Source of the DNA: an uncultured SAR86 cluster bacterium | GTDB taxonomy: Bacteria; Pseudomonadota; Gammaproteobacteria; Magnimaribacterales; Magnimaribacteraceae | Reading direction: 5' to 3' | NCBI GenBank assembly: GCA_902574355.1 | Contig: CACGNN010000007.1 | Span: 1,721-65,720 of the forward strand | DNA length: 64,000 nucleotides | Shown here: positions 17,336-27,048 of the stretch, piece by piece | How the letters are laid out: every line of letters begins with the position of its first letter | How positions within the stretch are numbered: position 1 is the stretch's first letter | Position numbers and translations under genes: made by a program | Notes under the pieces: model-generated | The model's input: the letters and a program-made list of their open reading frames with translations, nothing else | What the model was told of the DNA's origin: nothing | The model's database searches: none

Positions 17336-18259
17336 ATGGCAGATAATCATGTCGTTACCTTCTATTCCATCGAAAAAATAGGTGACCATAAAAAAGTTGG
17401 CAGGACTGTTGAGCGACACTGTATTAAAAACAGTATAGTTGGAACTTTTTTTTCGACACCGCAGGGTGTCAATACTACTTTGTCTGGAAAGAAAAAGGCC
17501 TTAATTGAGCTTGTTTCCTTATTGGAAAAGAAATTTAAATTAACTATAAAAGATGAAACTTGGTCTTCTTCTAATTCTTTGCCTTTTAAGAGATTAAAAA
17601 TAAAGTGCAGAAATAGATTGTTGCCACTAAAGGGTGATTTTGATCCAGTTACTTCAAGAGGTAAACATTTGAATTACCAGGATTGGAACAAATTAATTAC
17701 AGATCCCAACACAATTATTCTAGATGTCAGGAATAATTACGAAACGGAAATAGGTACCTTCAAGAACTCAATCATTCCTAAAATGGATAATTTAACTGAA
17801 TTCCCCCATTTCGTGGATAAAGAGTTATCTGAAATCAAAAAGAAAAAGATAGCTATGTTCTGTACGGGAGGCATTAGGTGCGAAATAGCCTCTTCTTTCA
17901 TGATGAACGAAGGTTTTGAAGATGTTTATCAACTTGATGGTGGTATTTTAAGATATCTCAAAGATGTTCAAGATGAAAACCTATGGGAAGGGGAATGTTT
18001 TGTTTTTGATGAAAGAGTTACTGTAGATAAGAACTTAAAACCAGGAAATTTTCTTCAATGTTTTGGGTGCAGAAGACCTCTATCAAAAACTGATCTTGAA
18101 TCAAAATATTATGAAAAAGGCGTATCTTGTCATAAGTGCTACAACGTCTCTTCTAAAAAAGATAAGGAAAGATTCTCCCAAAGACAGTTGCAGATTGAAT
18201 TAGCTGAAGAAAGAGGACACGTTCATATGGGTGCTAAAGCAAAACAAGATAAGGTATAA
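17336..18259 (+). CDS. trhO: rhodanese-domain tRNA uridine(34) hydroxylase (UPF0176/YceA family)
   Basis: 307 aa. Rhodanese active-site loop CTGGIRCE and a C-terminal Cys-rich tail (CFGCRRP ... CHKC), typical of TrhO/YceA. Confidence 0.85.
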   Translation: MADNHVVTFYSIEKIGDHKKVGRTVERHCIKNSIVGTFFSTPQGVNTTLSGKKKALIELVSLLEKKFKLTIKDETWSSSNSLPFKRLKIKCRNRLLPLKGDFDPVTSRGKHLNYQDWNKLITDPNTIILDVRNNYETEIGTFKNSIIPKMDNLTEFPHFVDKELSEIKKKKIAMFCTGGIRCEIASSFMMNEGFEDVYQLDGGILRYLKDVQDENLWEGECFVFDERVTVDKNLKPGNFLQCFGCRRPLSKTDLESKYYEKGVSCHKCYNVSSKKDKERFSQRQLQIELAEERGHVHMGAKAKQDKV

Positions 18260-18261
18260 AG

Positions 18262-20739
18262 ATGTCTAAGGTCTTTTCTAAATTCGTTACATCTTACCCA
18301 AAGATGATTTTTATTTCTTTTCTTGTCGCTTTATCTTTCTCTATATTAAATCTTAATAACTTTAAGCTAGACGCCTCATCTGATTCTCTAGTATTAGAGA
18401 GTGATGATGATCTCAAATATTATAGAGAGGTAAATTCTGATTATGCTTCGTCTGACTTTTTAATAGTAATCTTTAAACCAAAGGAAGACCTATTTTCTGG
18501 TGAGACTATTTCTCAAGTTAGAGAAATGGTAAACGTTTTTGAACAAATTGAAGGAGTTGATTCTGTTCTAAGTTATTTAGATGCACCGTTACTTTTTAGT
18601 CCTAAAATGAGTATGAGCGAACTAGCTGATAATCTTCGGACTATTGAAGACGAAGGCACTGATAAAGATTTAGCAAGGCTAGAATTTAAAAATAGCCCCT
18701 TATACACAGAACTGCTCACTGACAAAGATGCAACTTATACCGCAATGCAATTATTGCTAAAAAGCAATGATTCTTATGAAGCGGCTATTGATCAACGTTA
18801 TCATATTCTTGACCTAATAAATTCTGAACAATATTTCCCTAGTGTTCATGATTTACAACTAAAAAATATAAATGAGGAAATAAAAACACTCAATACACAA
18901 GCATCTATAGATAGAGACGCGCTAATTGAATCGACAAGAAATGTTATAAAAAGTTTTAAAGATAAAGGCGATATATACCTTGGCGGCACCGCAATGATTG
19001 CTTCTGACATGATTAGTTTCATAAAAAGCGACCTTCAATATTTCGCTCTTGGTGTGCTGATTATGTTTGTAATAACTTTAAGTATTATTTTTAAAAAATT
19101 ACGTTGGGTTGCAATGCCCTTGGTTTCAAGTGCCTTAATTGCTGTTTTCGTTATTGGGTTTCTGGGCTGGATGGACTGGAGGGTTACAGTGGTTTCTTCA
19201 AATTTCATCTCCCTTCTACTAATAATATCAATCTCATTAACAATACATTTAATTGTTCGATATCAAGAGCTATACGAGATTAATCCTTCACTCGAAAAAA
19301 AGGATTTAGTGGCTTTAACAGTAGAACAAATGTTGAAACCTTGTTTTTATACTGCTCTAACTACAATCATTGCTTTTGCTTCTTTGGGGGTGAGTGAAAT
19401 TAAACCTGTAATGGATTTTGGTAAGATGATGGTTGCAGGAATATTCTTTGCTTTTATTTTTTCCTTTTTTCTTTTTCCGATATTCAGTCTACTTTTTACC
19501 TCTAGTCTTGACCAAGAATCGAAAGATTTCAGTAAAGGGGTAACCGTAGGTTTTTCTAAGCTAACTGAAAAATTAGGGAATTACGTAAGTCTTATCGGAA
19601 TTATTTTATTTTGCATATCGATATACGGTATCAACCAACTTACAGTTGAGAATAGATTTATAGACTATTTCAAGCCATCTACAGAAATCTATAAAGGTAT
19701 GGATTTACTCGATAACAAGCTTGGTGGCACAGCACCTTTAGATGTTGTTATTAATGCACCCAAAAATTGGATAACTGATATAGAAGAAGAATCTTTCGAT
19801 GATGACTTTGGCTTTGAAGATGAAGAATCAAATAATAATGGCTACTGGTGGAATACTATCACTCTAGAAAAGCTTGAGCAGATTCACGACTACTTAGATT
19901 CTTTACCAGAAATAGGAAAAGTTCTTTCTGTTGCTAGTGGTATAAAAGTAGCTACCGAACTAAAAGATGGTGAACCTTTGTCCGAGCTAGATTTAGCTCT
20001 GGTTAAAAACATGCTTCCAGAGGATATTAAAGAGAATTTATTGAGTTCTTATATAAGCAATGATGAAAATCAAGTACGGATATCAGCCAGAGTGATTGAG
20101 TCTGCCGAGGGTCTAAATCGAAATGAACTCTTGTATGAAATTTCTGAGACTCTAAAAACAGATTACAATTTGGAAGAAGAACAATTTAGACTGACTGGTT
20201 TAGCAGTGCTTTATAACAATATGTTACAAAGCTTATTTGATTCGCAGATTGGAACTATTGTTATTGTCTTTAGCATAATTTTTATAATGTTTTTAATTCT
20301 TTTTCGTTCTTTGTATTTATCCATTATTGGGATTATTCCTAATCTATTGGCAGCAGGTGTTGTGTTGGGAACTATGGGTATTTTTTCAATACCACTAGAT
20401 ATCATGACCATTACTGTTGCTGCTATCAGCGTTGGTATGGCTGTAGATAATACGATCCACTATATTCATAGATTTAAAAAAGAATTCAAAGTTTCTGGAA
20501 TCTATGTTCAAGCCATGAAAGATAGTCATAGAACCATTGGCAGGGCTATGTTTTATACTTCATTAACAATAATTCTTGGGTTTTTAGTATTTTCAACTTC
20601 TAACTTCAATCCAAGTGTCTACTTCGGGTTCTTTGTATCGTTAGCGATGGTTATGGCATTATTAGGGGCATTGACGTTATTACCCCAATTGATTCTTTAT
20701 TTTAAACCGTTGGGAAAAGAAAAATTAATAGGAGACTAG
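18262..20739 (+). CDS. RND-superfamily / MMPL-type exporter (COG1033-like)
   Basis: 825 aa with two blocks of about six TM helices, each preceded by a large soluble loop. This is the MMPL/HpnN-like RND architecture. Confidence 0.8.
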   Translation: MSKVFSKFVTSYPKMIFISFLVALSFSILNLNNFKLDASSDSLVLESDDDLKYYREVNSDYASSDFLIVIFKPKEDLFSGETISQVREMVNVFEQIEGVDSVLSYLDAPLLFSPKMSMSELADNLRTIEDEGTDKDLARLEFKNSPLYTELLTDKDATYTAMQLLLKSNDSYEAAIDQRYHILDLINSEQYFPSVHDLQLKNINEEIKTLNTQASIDRDALIESTRNVIKSFKDKGDIYLGGTAMIASDMISFIKSDLQYFALGVLIMFVITLSIIFKKLRWVAMPLVSSALIAVFVIGFLGWMDWRVTVVSSNFISLLLIISISLTIHLIVRYQELYEINPSLEKKDLVALTVEQMLKPCFYTALTTIIAFASLGVSEIKPVMDFGKMMVAGIFFAFIFSFFLFPIFSLLFTSSLDQESKDFSKGVTVGFSKLTEKLGNYVSLIGIILFCISIYGINQLTVENRFIDYFKPSTEIYKGMDLLDNKLGGTAPLDVVINAPKNWITDIEEESFDDDFGFEDEESNNNGYWWNTITLEKLEQIHDYLDSLPEIGKVLSVASGIKVATELKDGEPLSELDLALVKNMLPEDIKENLLSSYISNDENQVRISARVIESAEGLNRNELLYEISETLKTDYNLEEEQFRLTGLAVLYNNMLQSLFDSQIGTIVIVFSIIFIMFLILFRSLYLSIIGIIPNLLAAGVVLGTMGIFSIPLDIMTITVAAISVGMAVDNTIHYIHRFKKEFKVSGIYVQAMKDSHRTIGRAMFYTSLTIILGFLVFSTSNFNPSVYFGFFVSLAMVMALLGALTLLPQLILYFKPLGKEKLIGD

Positions 20740-20740
20740 T

Positions 20741-21871
20741 ATGGGACCACTAAAGGGATTCAAGATAATTGAAATGGCTGGAATAGGCCCAGGACCATTC
20801 TGTGGAATGATTTTGGCTGATCTTGGAGCAGAGATTATAAGAGTTGATAGAGCTTCTGCTGCAGGGACTGGCTCAAGAGAAGAGCCAGCGAACCGTGGAA
20901 AGAAATCAATCGCTGTAGACTTAAAGAGCGAAGATGGAGTTGAGGTAGTATTGAAATTAGTTGAAAGTGCAGACGCTATTTTCGAAGGTTTTAGACCCGG
21001 TGTAATGGAAAGATTAGGACTAGGACCTGATATATGCCAAAAAAGGAATGAGAAAATAGTTTTCGGAAGAATGACTGGATGGGGTCAAACTGGACCATTA
21101 GCGAATGCAGCTGGACATGATATTAACTATATTGCTTTGTCAGGAGCTTTAGCTGCCATAGGAAGAGACGATTCTCCTCCTGTTCCACCTTTAAATCTAA
21201 TCGGAGATTTTGGAGGTGGTGGCATGTTATTGGCTTTAGGTATTGTGGCTGCTCTCTTAGAGACTAAAAATTCCGGTAAAGGGCAGGTCATTGATGCAGC
21301 CATGACTGACGGATCTTCTTTACTAATGACAATGATGTATTCAATGCATCAATCAGGATTCTGGAACTTGGAACGTCAAACTAATCTTTTAGATGGAGCG
21401 GCACATTTTTATGATACTTACGAGTGTAAGGATGGTAAGTATATATCACTAGGATCGATTGAACCTCAATTTTATGCCTTGCTTTGTGAAAAGGCTGAGT
21501 TATCTCAAGATGATTTTGGAGATCAAATGAAAAGAGATACTTGGCAAAATAAAAAACAAATGATTAAGAATGTTTTTTTAACAAAGACAAGAGAAGAATG
21601 GTGTGATCTTATGGAGGGAAGTGATGTATGTTTTGCGCCCGTATTAGATATGAGTGAGGCACCTATGCATCCGCATAATATTGCTCGACAAACATTTATT
21701 GAAATTGAGGGTGTAACCCAACCCGCACCTGCTCCAAGATTCGATAGAACTCAAAATGAAATTACACTACCACCCGCCATTGCAGGTGAACATTCAAAAG
21801 AAATATTAGAATCACTAGGTATTGATAGTGATGAATATGACAGATTAATTTCTTCGGGTTCTATAGTTTGA
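20741..21871 (+). CDS. family III CoA-transferase (CaiB/BaiF; alpha-methylacyl-CoA racemase-like)
   Basis: 376 aa. The N-terminal LKGFKIIEMAGIGPGPFCGMILADLGAEIIRVDR and GHDINYIALSG are typical of the CaiB/BaiF/AMACR family. Confidence 0.85.
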   Translation: MGPLKGFKIIEMAGIGPGPFCGMILADLGAEIIRVDRASAAGTGSREEPANRGKKSIAVDLKSEDGVEVVLKLVESADAIFEGFRPGVMERLGLGPDICQKRNEKIVFGRMTGWGQTGPLANAAGHDINYIALSGALAAIGRDDSPPVPPLNLIGDFGGGGMLLALGIVAALLETKNSGKGQVIDAAMTDGSSLLMTMMYSMHQSGFWNLERQTNLLDGAAHFYDTYECKDGKYISLGSIEPQFYALLCEKAELSQDDFGDQMKRDTWQNKKQMIKNVFLTKTREEWCDLMEGSDVCFAPVLDMSEAPMHPHNIARQTFIEIEGVTQPAPAPRFDRTQNEITLPPAIAGEHSKEILESLGIDSDEYDRLISSGSIV

Positions 21872-22095
21872 AGGAGCTTATCCTAATCTCTGGAAAAGAC
21901 TGTAATTTATGCAGAGAAGCTCAATTATTACTTTCTCAGATAAATCTCAAAGACTGCATACTGACCACTGTCGATATATATTCAAAGAGAATGTATGTCG
22001 ATAAATATTGGGATAAAATTCCAGTCATTCTCTATGGTGAGCAAGAGCTACTTTGGCCATTCGATAAAGAAAAAGTAATTAAACTTTTAGACTGA
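21868..22095 (+). CDS. glutaredoxin-like small protein (DUF836-like)
   Basis: 75 aa with a CNLC redox motif near the N-terminus and a thioredoxin-fold-sized length. TTG start overlaps the upstream TGA. Confidence 0.55.
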   Translation: MKELILISGKDCNLCREAQLLLSQINLKDCILTTVDIYSKRMYVDKYWDKIPVILYGEQELLWPFDKEKVIKLLD

Positions 22096-22890
22096 TATAT
22101 CAAAAAAGTCTAATGAATTCATATAAATAGCAGTAAAAACTAATTCTTCACTTTCTTTTCTAAACTCTGCAACTTTTTTTGCAATATGACTTAAATATTT
22201 TGGTTCATTTCTTGAAGAATTATCTATTCCCATATCCCTAGGCAGAAGATAAGGCGCATCGGTTTCAATCATTAATTTTTCTAGTGGTATCAAAGATATG
22301 AGCTTTTCCAAATGTTTTCCTCTTCTCTCATCACATAACCAGCCCGTTATTCCAATGTAGAATCCCATGTCCAGATACTTTAGTAATGCGTCTTCTGTTC
22401 CTGTAAAACAGTGCACGACACTCTTAGGCAAATCTTTCAAATATGGTGAAGTAATTTCAACAAATTTTTCATGAGCATCCCTCTCATGAAGAAATAATGG
22501 TTTACTTATTTCAATGGATAATTCTAGGTGTGCTTCAAAGCTTTTTTGTTGATCTTCTGGAGATGAAAAATTTCTATTAAAATCTAAACCAGTTTCTCCT
22601 ATTGATTTAACTAAATCATTTTTTAATAGATCTTTTATTTCACTAAAGGATTCTGGAGAATATTCCTTTGAATTATGCGGGTGAATTCCAGCGGTAGAAA
22701 TACAAGATTCGGGATATCTTCTACTAATTTCAAAAGCCTCTATGCTCTCTTTCAAAGAACTTCCAGTGACTGAGAGTCTTCTAACTCCCAGTTTATTTGC
22801 TTCAGCTAGTACTAAACCTAAGTCTTCCTTAAAAGACTTGTGTGTCAAATTGGCTCCGATATCAAAAAATTGTTCTTGAATAAGTGGCAT
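22087..22890 (-). CDS. tatD: TatD-family metal-dependent hydrolase/DNase
   Basis: FFDIGANLTH, TAGIHPH, GETGLDF, FLHERDAH, VVHCFTG and IETDAPYL form the TatD motif series. The start was moved to the internal Met (MPLIQEQFFDIG), because the tracked N-terminal extension overlaps the divergent gene. Confidence 0.85.
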   Translation of the reverse strand: MPLIQEQFFDIGANLTHKSFKEDLGLVLAEANKLGVRRLSVTGSSLKESIEAFEISRRYPESCISTAGIHPHNSKEYSPESFSEIKDLLKNDLVKSIGETGLDFNRNFSSPEDQQKSFEAHLELSIEISKPLFLHERDAHEKFVEITSPYLKDLPKSVVHCFTGTEDALLKYLDMGFYIGITGWLCDERRGKHLEKLISLIPLEKLMIETDAPYLLPRDMGIDNSSRNEPKYLSHIAKKVAEFRKESEELVFTAIYMNSLDFFDISV

Positions 22891-22932
22891 TATGAGCACT
22901 ATTATAAAACACAATATTTTTTAGGGGGAGAT

Positions 22933-24156
22933 ATGAGCGGACCATTTAAAGGAGTAAGAGTACTTGAATTGACTTCTACAGTATCAGGACCTTTTGCTGG
23001 AATGATGCTTGCTGATCAAGGTGCCGAGGTTATAAAGATTGAGCCACCTGGTATAGGAGACCTTGCTAGATTCATGGGAACCATTAAAGATGGCATGGGG
23101 GCCATGTTTTCTACTCTAAACAGAAACAAGAAATGTATTTGTTTGGATTTCAAAAATGAGGAAGACCTATCAATTTTAATGGAGCTAGTTTCAACTGCTG
23201 ATGTGTTAATCGAAAATTATAGGCCAGGTATAGTTAAAAAACTTGGAATCGATTATGAGACTTTAAAAAAGATTAAGCCTGATTTGATATATTGTTCTAT
23301 ATCAGGTTACGGTCAATCAGGGCCCTATAAAGAAAAGAAAGTATATGATCCATTAATCCAGGGAACAGTTGGAATTCCTCATGCTCAAAATAGTGAATTT
23401 CCTGAATTGATAAGAACAATCATTTATGACAAGGTCACTGGATTAACAAGCGCCCAAGCAATTTCAGCTGCTCTATACCAGAAAGCTAATGGAGAAGGCG
23501 GTCAATATCTTCCAATATCTATGATGGAATCTGCTCTCTACTATAATTGGCCTGATCTCATGATGAATTATACATTTGACGAGGGCGGTCTAAATTTAGG
23601 TGAACTGGCAGATCTATTTGAGGTATATGAAACTAAAGATGGAGGAGTGGTTTTGATAATTATTGCAAATGATGAAGTATTCACAAAATTTTGTGAGGTT
23701 TTTAGCCTCTCATTATACTTAGATGAGAAGTACAATAATCTTGTCTCTAGAATTATCAATAAAGAAGAATTAACAGAGGAAATAAATAAAATTACCAGAA
23801 ATCTATCTAGCAAAGAACTCGAGGATAAAATGGACGATGAAGGAATCTCAGCTTCACTTTGCAATGATTTAAACAAAGTTCATCTTGATCCTCAGGTTAT
23901 TGAACAAGGTTCGATTGTTGAAATAGATCATCCTGAGTTAGGCAAAATGAGAATGCCAAAACCCCCAGCAAACTTAAAAGGCCAAAAAGAGTTCCCAAGA
24001 ACTCTAGCGCCTATTCTAGGCTTTGATAATAGGCAAATCCTTGAAGAGCTTAAGGTTGGTGATGATATAATAAAGAGAATGGAAGAAAGAGAGAATCAAA
24101 ACAGGATGTTGATAAAAGCAATGATGGATGCTCAAAATCAATCCCAAAATGATTAA
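22933..24156 (+). CDS. family III CoA-transferase (CaiB/BaiF), second paralog
   Basis: FKGVRVLELTSTVSGPFAGMMLADQGAEVIKIE. The credible start is the ATG at 22933, preceded by GGGGGAG. The tracked start at 22840 lies inside the tatD upstream region. Confidence 0.85.
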   Translation: MSGPFKGVRVLELTSTVSGPFAGMMLADQGAEVIKIEPPGIGDLARFMGTIKDGMGAMFSTLNRNKKCICLDFKNEEDLSILMELVSTADVLIENYRPGIVKKLGIDYETLKKIKPDLIYCSISGYGQSGPYKEKKVYDPLIQGTVGIPHAQNSEFPELIRTIIYDKVTGLTSAQAISAALYQKANGEGGQYLPISMMESALYYNWPDLMMNYTFDEGGLNLGELADLFEVYETKDGGVVLIIIANDEVFTKFCEVFSLSLYLDEKYNNLVSRIINKEELTEEINKITRNLSSKELEDKMDDEGISASLCNDLNKVHLDPQVIEQGSIVEIDHPELGKMRMPKPPANLKGQKEFPRTLAPILGFDNRQILEELKVGDDIIKRMEERENQNRMLIKAMMDAQNQSQND

Positions 24157-24607
24157 ATCATTCTTTGATTTACTATTGACCGTTTTAGTTGTAACAATAC
24201 TAGTTGTAGTTGTATCTACATCTAGTAATCTTCTGTGGCTTAATTCTATGAATATGCCGATTGATTTTAATTTAGTAACTTCTACTTTCTTAAAAGATAT
24301 AGTCGGTATGAATTTTAACTCTCAGATACCACTCTATCTGCTCATTTCAGTACCCTTAATTCTGTTTTTATTTTGCACAAAAATAATATCCAAAAGATTT
24401 TTAACAAACAGAATATTTCCTTATGTTCTCTCCGGAGGAATATCTATGCTCTTATTAATGGTTCTCTTGCCATTCGCCCTTGATAACTTGGAACCTATCT
24501 CTGGATCTAGAACAAATATCGGTAAGTTGTGTATGACAATATGCGGTTGCCTCGGTGGGTATTTATATGGTTTTAGACAAATTAGGAATGTTGATAATGA
24601 AATTTAA
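24149..24607 (+). CDS. hypothetical membrane protein (about 4 TM)
   Basis: Hydrophobic 152-159 aa ORF with no recognisable motif. The start (24128 or 24149) is uncertain. Confidence 0.45.
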   Translation: MIKSFFDLLLTVLVVTILVVVVSTSSNLLWLNSMNMPIDFNLVTSTFLKDIVGMNFNSQIPLYLLISVPLILFLFCTKIISKRFLTNRIFPYVLSGGISMLLLMVLLPFALDNLEPISGSRTNIGKLCMTICGCLGGYLYGFRQIRNVDNEI

Positions 24608-25694
24608 GCAACTTGCGTTAGTTATACTCATATCAATACTATCTCTCTTTCTTCGGTCTGAAGATGTTGATTACAATTACACAATAATTGCTGAAGGACT
24701 AGATAGGCCTTGGAGTCTTGCTGTTATCGATGATAAAAATATTATTTTTACAGAGTTATCTGGAAATTTAAGGCAAATAAAAGATGGTAAGTTACTCTCT
24801 GCTCCAGTAGCTGGCACGCCTGAAGTACTTTTCAAGGGACAAGGTGGTATGTCCGGTGTTGTTTTGGATCCAGATTTTCAAAAGAATAAAGTTTTGTATT
24901 TGGCATTTTCTGCGCGTGATGAAGGTGCTAGGACTAATACATTAAAAGTAATCAAAGCAGTCCTTTCTGATAATGAGCTTAAAGATGTAAATGAAATCTA
25001 CAGCGCCTTTCCTTCTCGAAATACCGCTCTTCATTATGGAGCTAAAATGGTATTTATGGATGATGGTACTTTACTAATTACTAATGGTGATGGTTTTAAC
25101 TACCGTGAGAAGGCTCAAACATTGGATAACCATTTTGGAAAAATTGTTAGGATAAATTCAGATGGCTCTTTGCCAGAAGGTAATCCTTTTTCAGATGATC
25201 CAAATGCTCTTCCTGAGATCTGGTCTTATGGACATAGAAATCCTCAAGGCATAATAAATTACAAAGGAGAGATTTATGGTTTGGAGCATGGTCCAATGGG
25301 TGGAGATGAAATAAATGTAATTAAACCAGGAAATAATTATGGTTGGCCTGCCATAACTTATGGCAAGGATTATAACGGTTCAGTTATTTCTCCATTTACT
25401 GAGATGCAAGGTATGGAACAACCTATTAAATACTGGGTACCATCTATAGCACCTTCAGGAATGATGCTTTATGACAAAGACTTATTTCCTGAATGGAAAG
25501 GAAGTATATTTGTCTCGTCAATGAAACCTGGAAGCGTTAGAAGATTGGAGCTTAAAGAGAATAAGATTATTCAGGAACATATAATTTTCGATGATTTAAG
25601 TAGGATTCGTGATATCGCATTTCTTCCAAATGGTTCAATACTTCTAGCAACTGATGGAAGTGGAGGAGAGATAATACGTGTACAACCAAATTAA
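24597..25694 (+). CDS. PQQ-dependent soluble sugar (glucose/sorbosone) dehydrogenase, YliI-like, secreted
   Basis: Signal peptide MKFKQLALVILISILSLFL. Beta-propeller motifs include GHRNPQG, and GWPAITYG is typical of the family. Confidence 0.85.
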   Translation: MKFKQLALVILISILSLFLRSEDVDYNYTIIAEGLDRPWSLAVIDDKNIIFTELSGNLRQIKDGKLLSAPVAGTPEVLFKGQGGMSGVVLDPDFQKNKVLYLAFSARDEGARTNTLKVIKAVLSDNELKDVNEIYSAFPSRNTALHYGAKMVFMDDGTLLITNGDGFNYREKAQTLDNHFGKIVRINSDGSLPEGNPFSDDPNALPEIWSYGHRNPQGIINYKGEIYGLEHGPMGGDEINVIKPGNNYGWPAITYGKDYNGSVISPFTEMQGMEQPIKYWVPSIAPSGMMLYDKDLFPEWKGSIFVSSMKPGSVRRLELKENKIIQEHIIFDDLSRIRDIAFLPNGSILLATDGSGGEIIRVQPN

Positions 25695-25703
25695 GGAAAG
25701 AAT

Positions 25704-26078
25704 ATGTGGGCAAGGATAATTCCAGGAATCATAGGTTCAATTATGATCTTAACTGCTTTCAATTGGATAATAGACCCATCCTCAGCTGCTGCAGGCTTAT
25801 CTATGTCTTTATTACAAGGAGAAGGTGGTAATACTCAAATAGGTGATTTCACCTCTTTCTTTTTTACTGCTGGCATCATGGCCATCATAGGTGCTTATAG
25901 AAATGAGCATATATGGATATATGCCACTGTGAGCCTTCTGGGTTCAGCGGCTATATTTAGAATTTATGCAGGTCTTATGCACGGAACTGAATTCTTAATG
26001 TCAGCAATTTTTTTCGAAATCTTGACTTCAATATTATTAATAATAAGTTTAAAAAAGATTAAATCAGCAAATCAATAA
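25704..26078 (+). CDS. hypothetical small membrane protein (4 TM)
   Basis: 124 aa with four hydrophobic segments and no recognisable motif. Confidence 0.5.
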   Translation: MWARIIPGIIGSIMILTAFNWIIDPSSAAAGLSMSLLQGEGGNTQIGDFTSFFFTAGIMAIIGAYRNEHIWIYATVSLLGSAAIFRIYAGLMHGTEFLMSAIFFEILTSILLIISLKKIKSANQ

Positions 26079-26193
26079 GCTTGTAAGTTTATAAATATCA
26101 ATACTGGGATGCTGGAAGATCTAACTCTAAAAAGTTGGTTAGTGATTCTTTTAGTTTGTGATAAAGTCACGATAAATTTTAAAAGGAATAACT

Positions 26194-27048
26194 ATGAAAT
26201 TTAAAGGGACTGATTCTTACATTTCAACTGAAGATCTTAGTATGGCAGTCAATGCTGCAATAGAGCTTGAAAAGCCATTACTAATTAAAGGTGAGCCAGG
26301 AACTGGTAAAACTATGCTAGCTGAGCAAGTTGCCGAATCACTCAATATGCCATTAATTGAGTGGCATATAAAATCTACGACGAAAGCTAGACAAGGCCTT
26401 TATGAATATGACGCTGTAACTAGACTAAGGGATTCACAACTTGGGGATGAACGAGTAAAAGACATCTCTAACTATATTCAAAAGGGAAAAATGTGGGAGG
26501 CTTTTACCTCCGATGAAAGAGCAGTTTTGCTTGTTGATGAAATTGATAAGGCAGATATTGAGTTTCCAAATGACTTGTTACAAGAGATAGATCGTATGGA
26601 GTTTTATGTTTATGAGACTAAAGAGACGATTAAAGCTGTTCAAAGGCCTTTAGTAATCATTACCAGTAACAATGAGAAAGAACTTCCTGATGCTTTCCTG
26701 AGAAGATGTTTCTTCCACTATATTAACTTCCCTGATAGACCGACAATGGAAAAAATTGTAAAAGTCCATCATCCTAAGGTTAAGAAAAATTTAGTAAAAG
26801 ATGCCTTAGAAATTTTCTTTGATATAAGAAAAGTTCCAGGAATGAAGAAAAAACCTTCTACTTCTGAGTTAATTGATTGGTTAAAGCTTCTCATGGCTGA
26901 TGATATCCCTGATGAGATTTTTAAAAATAGAGATCCCTCTAAAGCAATACCACCTTTATATGGTGCACTCGTGAAAAACGAACAAGATGTTCAATTACTT
27001 GAAAGATTAGCATTTATGGCTAGAAGGGAAGGTAATACTAGTTCTTAA
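26194..27048 (+). CDS. MoxR/CoxD-like AAA+ ATPase
   Basis: Walker A GEPGTGKT, Walker B LLVDEIDK, sensor region ITSNNEKELPDAFLRRC. The ~284 aa single-AAA architecture fits the MoxR class. Confidence 0.85.
   Translation: MKFKGTDSYISTEDLSMAVNAAIELEKPLLIKGEPGTGKTMLAEQVAESLNMPLIEWHIKSTTKARQGLYEYDAVTRLRDSQLGDERVKDISNYIQKGKMWEAFTSDERAVLLVDEIDKADIEFPNDLLQEIDRMEFYVYETKETIKAVQRPLVIITSNNEKELPDAFLRRCFFHYINFPDRPTMEKIVKVHHPKVKKNLVKDALEIFFDIRKVPGMKKKPSTSELIDWLKLLMADDIPDEIFKNRDPSKAIPPLYGALVKNEQDVQLLERLAFMARREGNTSS

Noticed and set aside
26109-26204. 31-codon ORF (MLEDLTLKSWLVILLVCDKV...) upstream of, and overlapping, the MoxR start
   Set aside because: It has no convincing ribosome-binding site and no recognisable motif, and ORFs of this length arise easily by chance. 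Not called.
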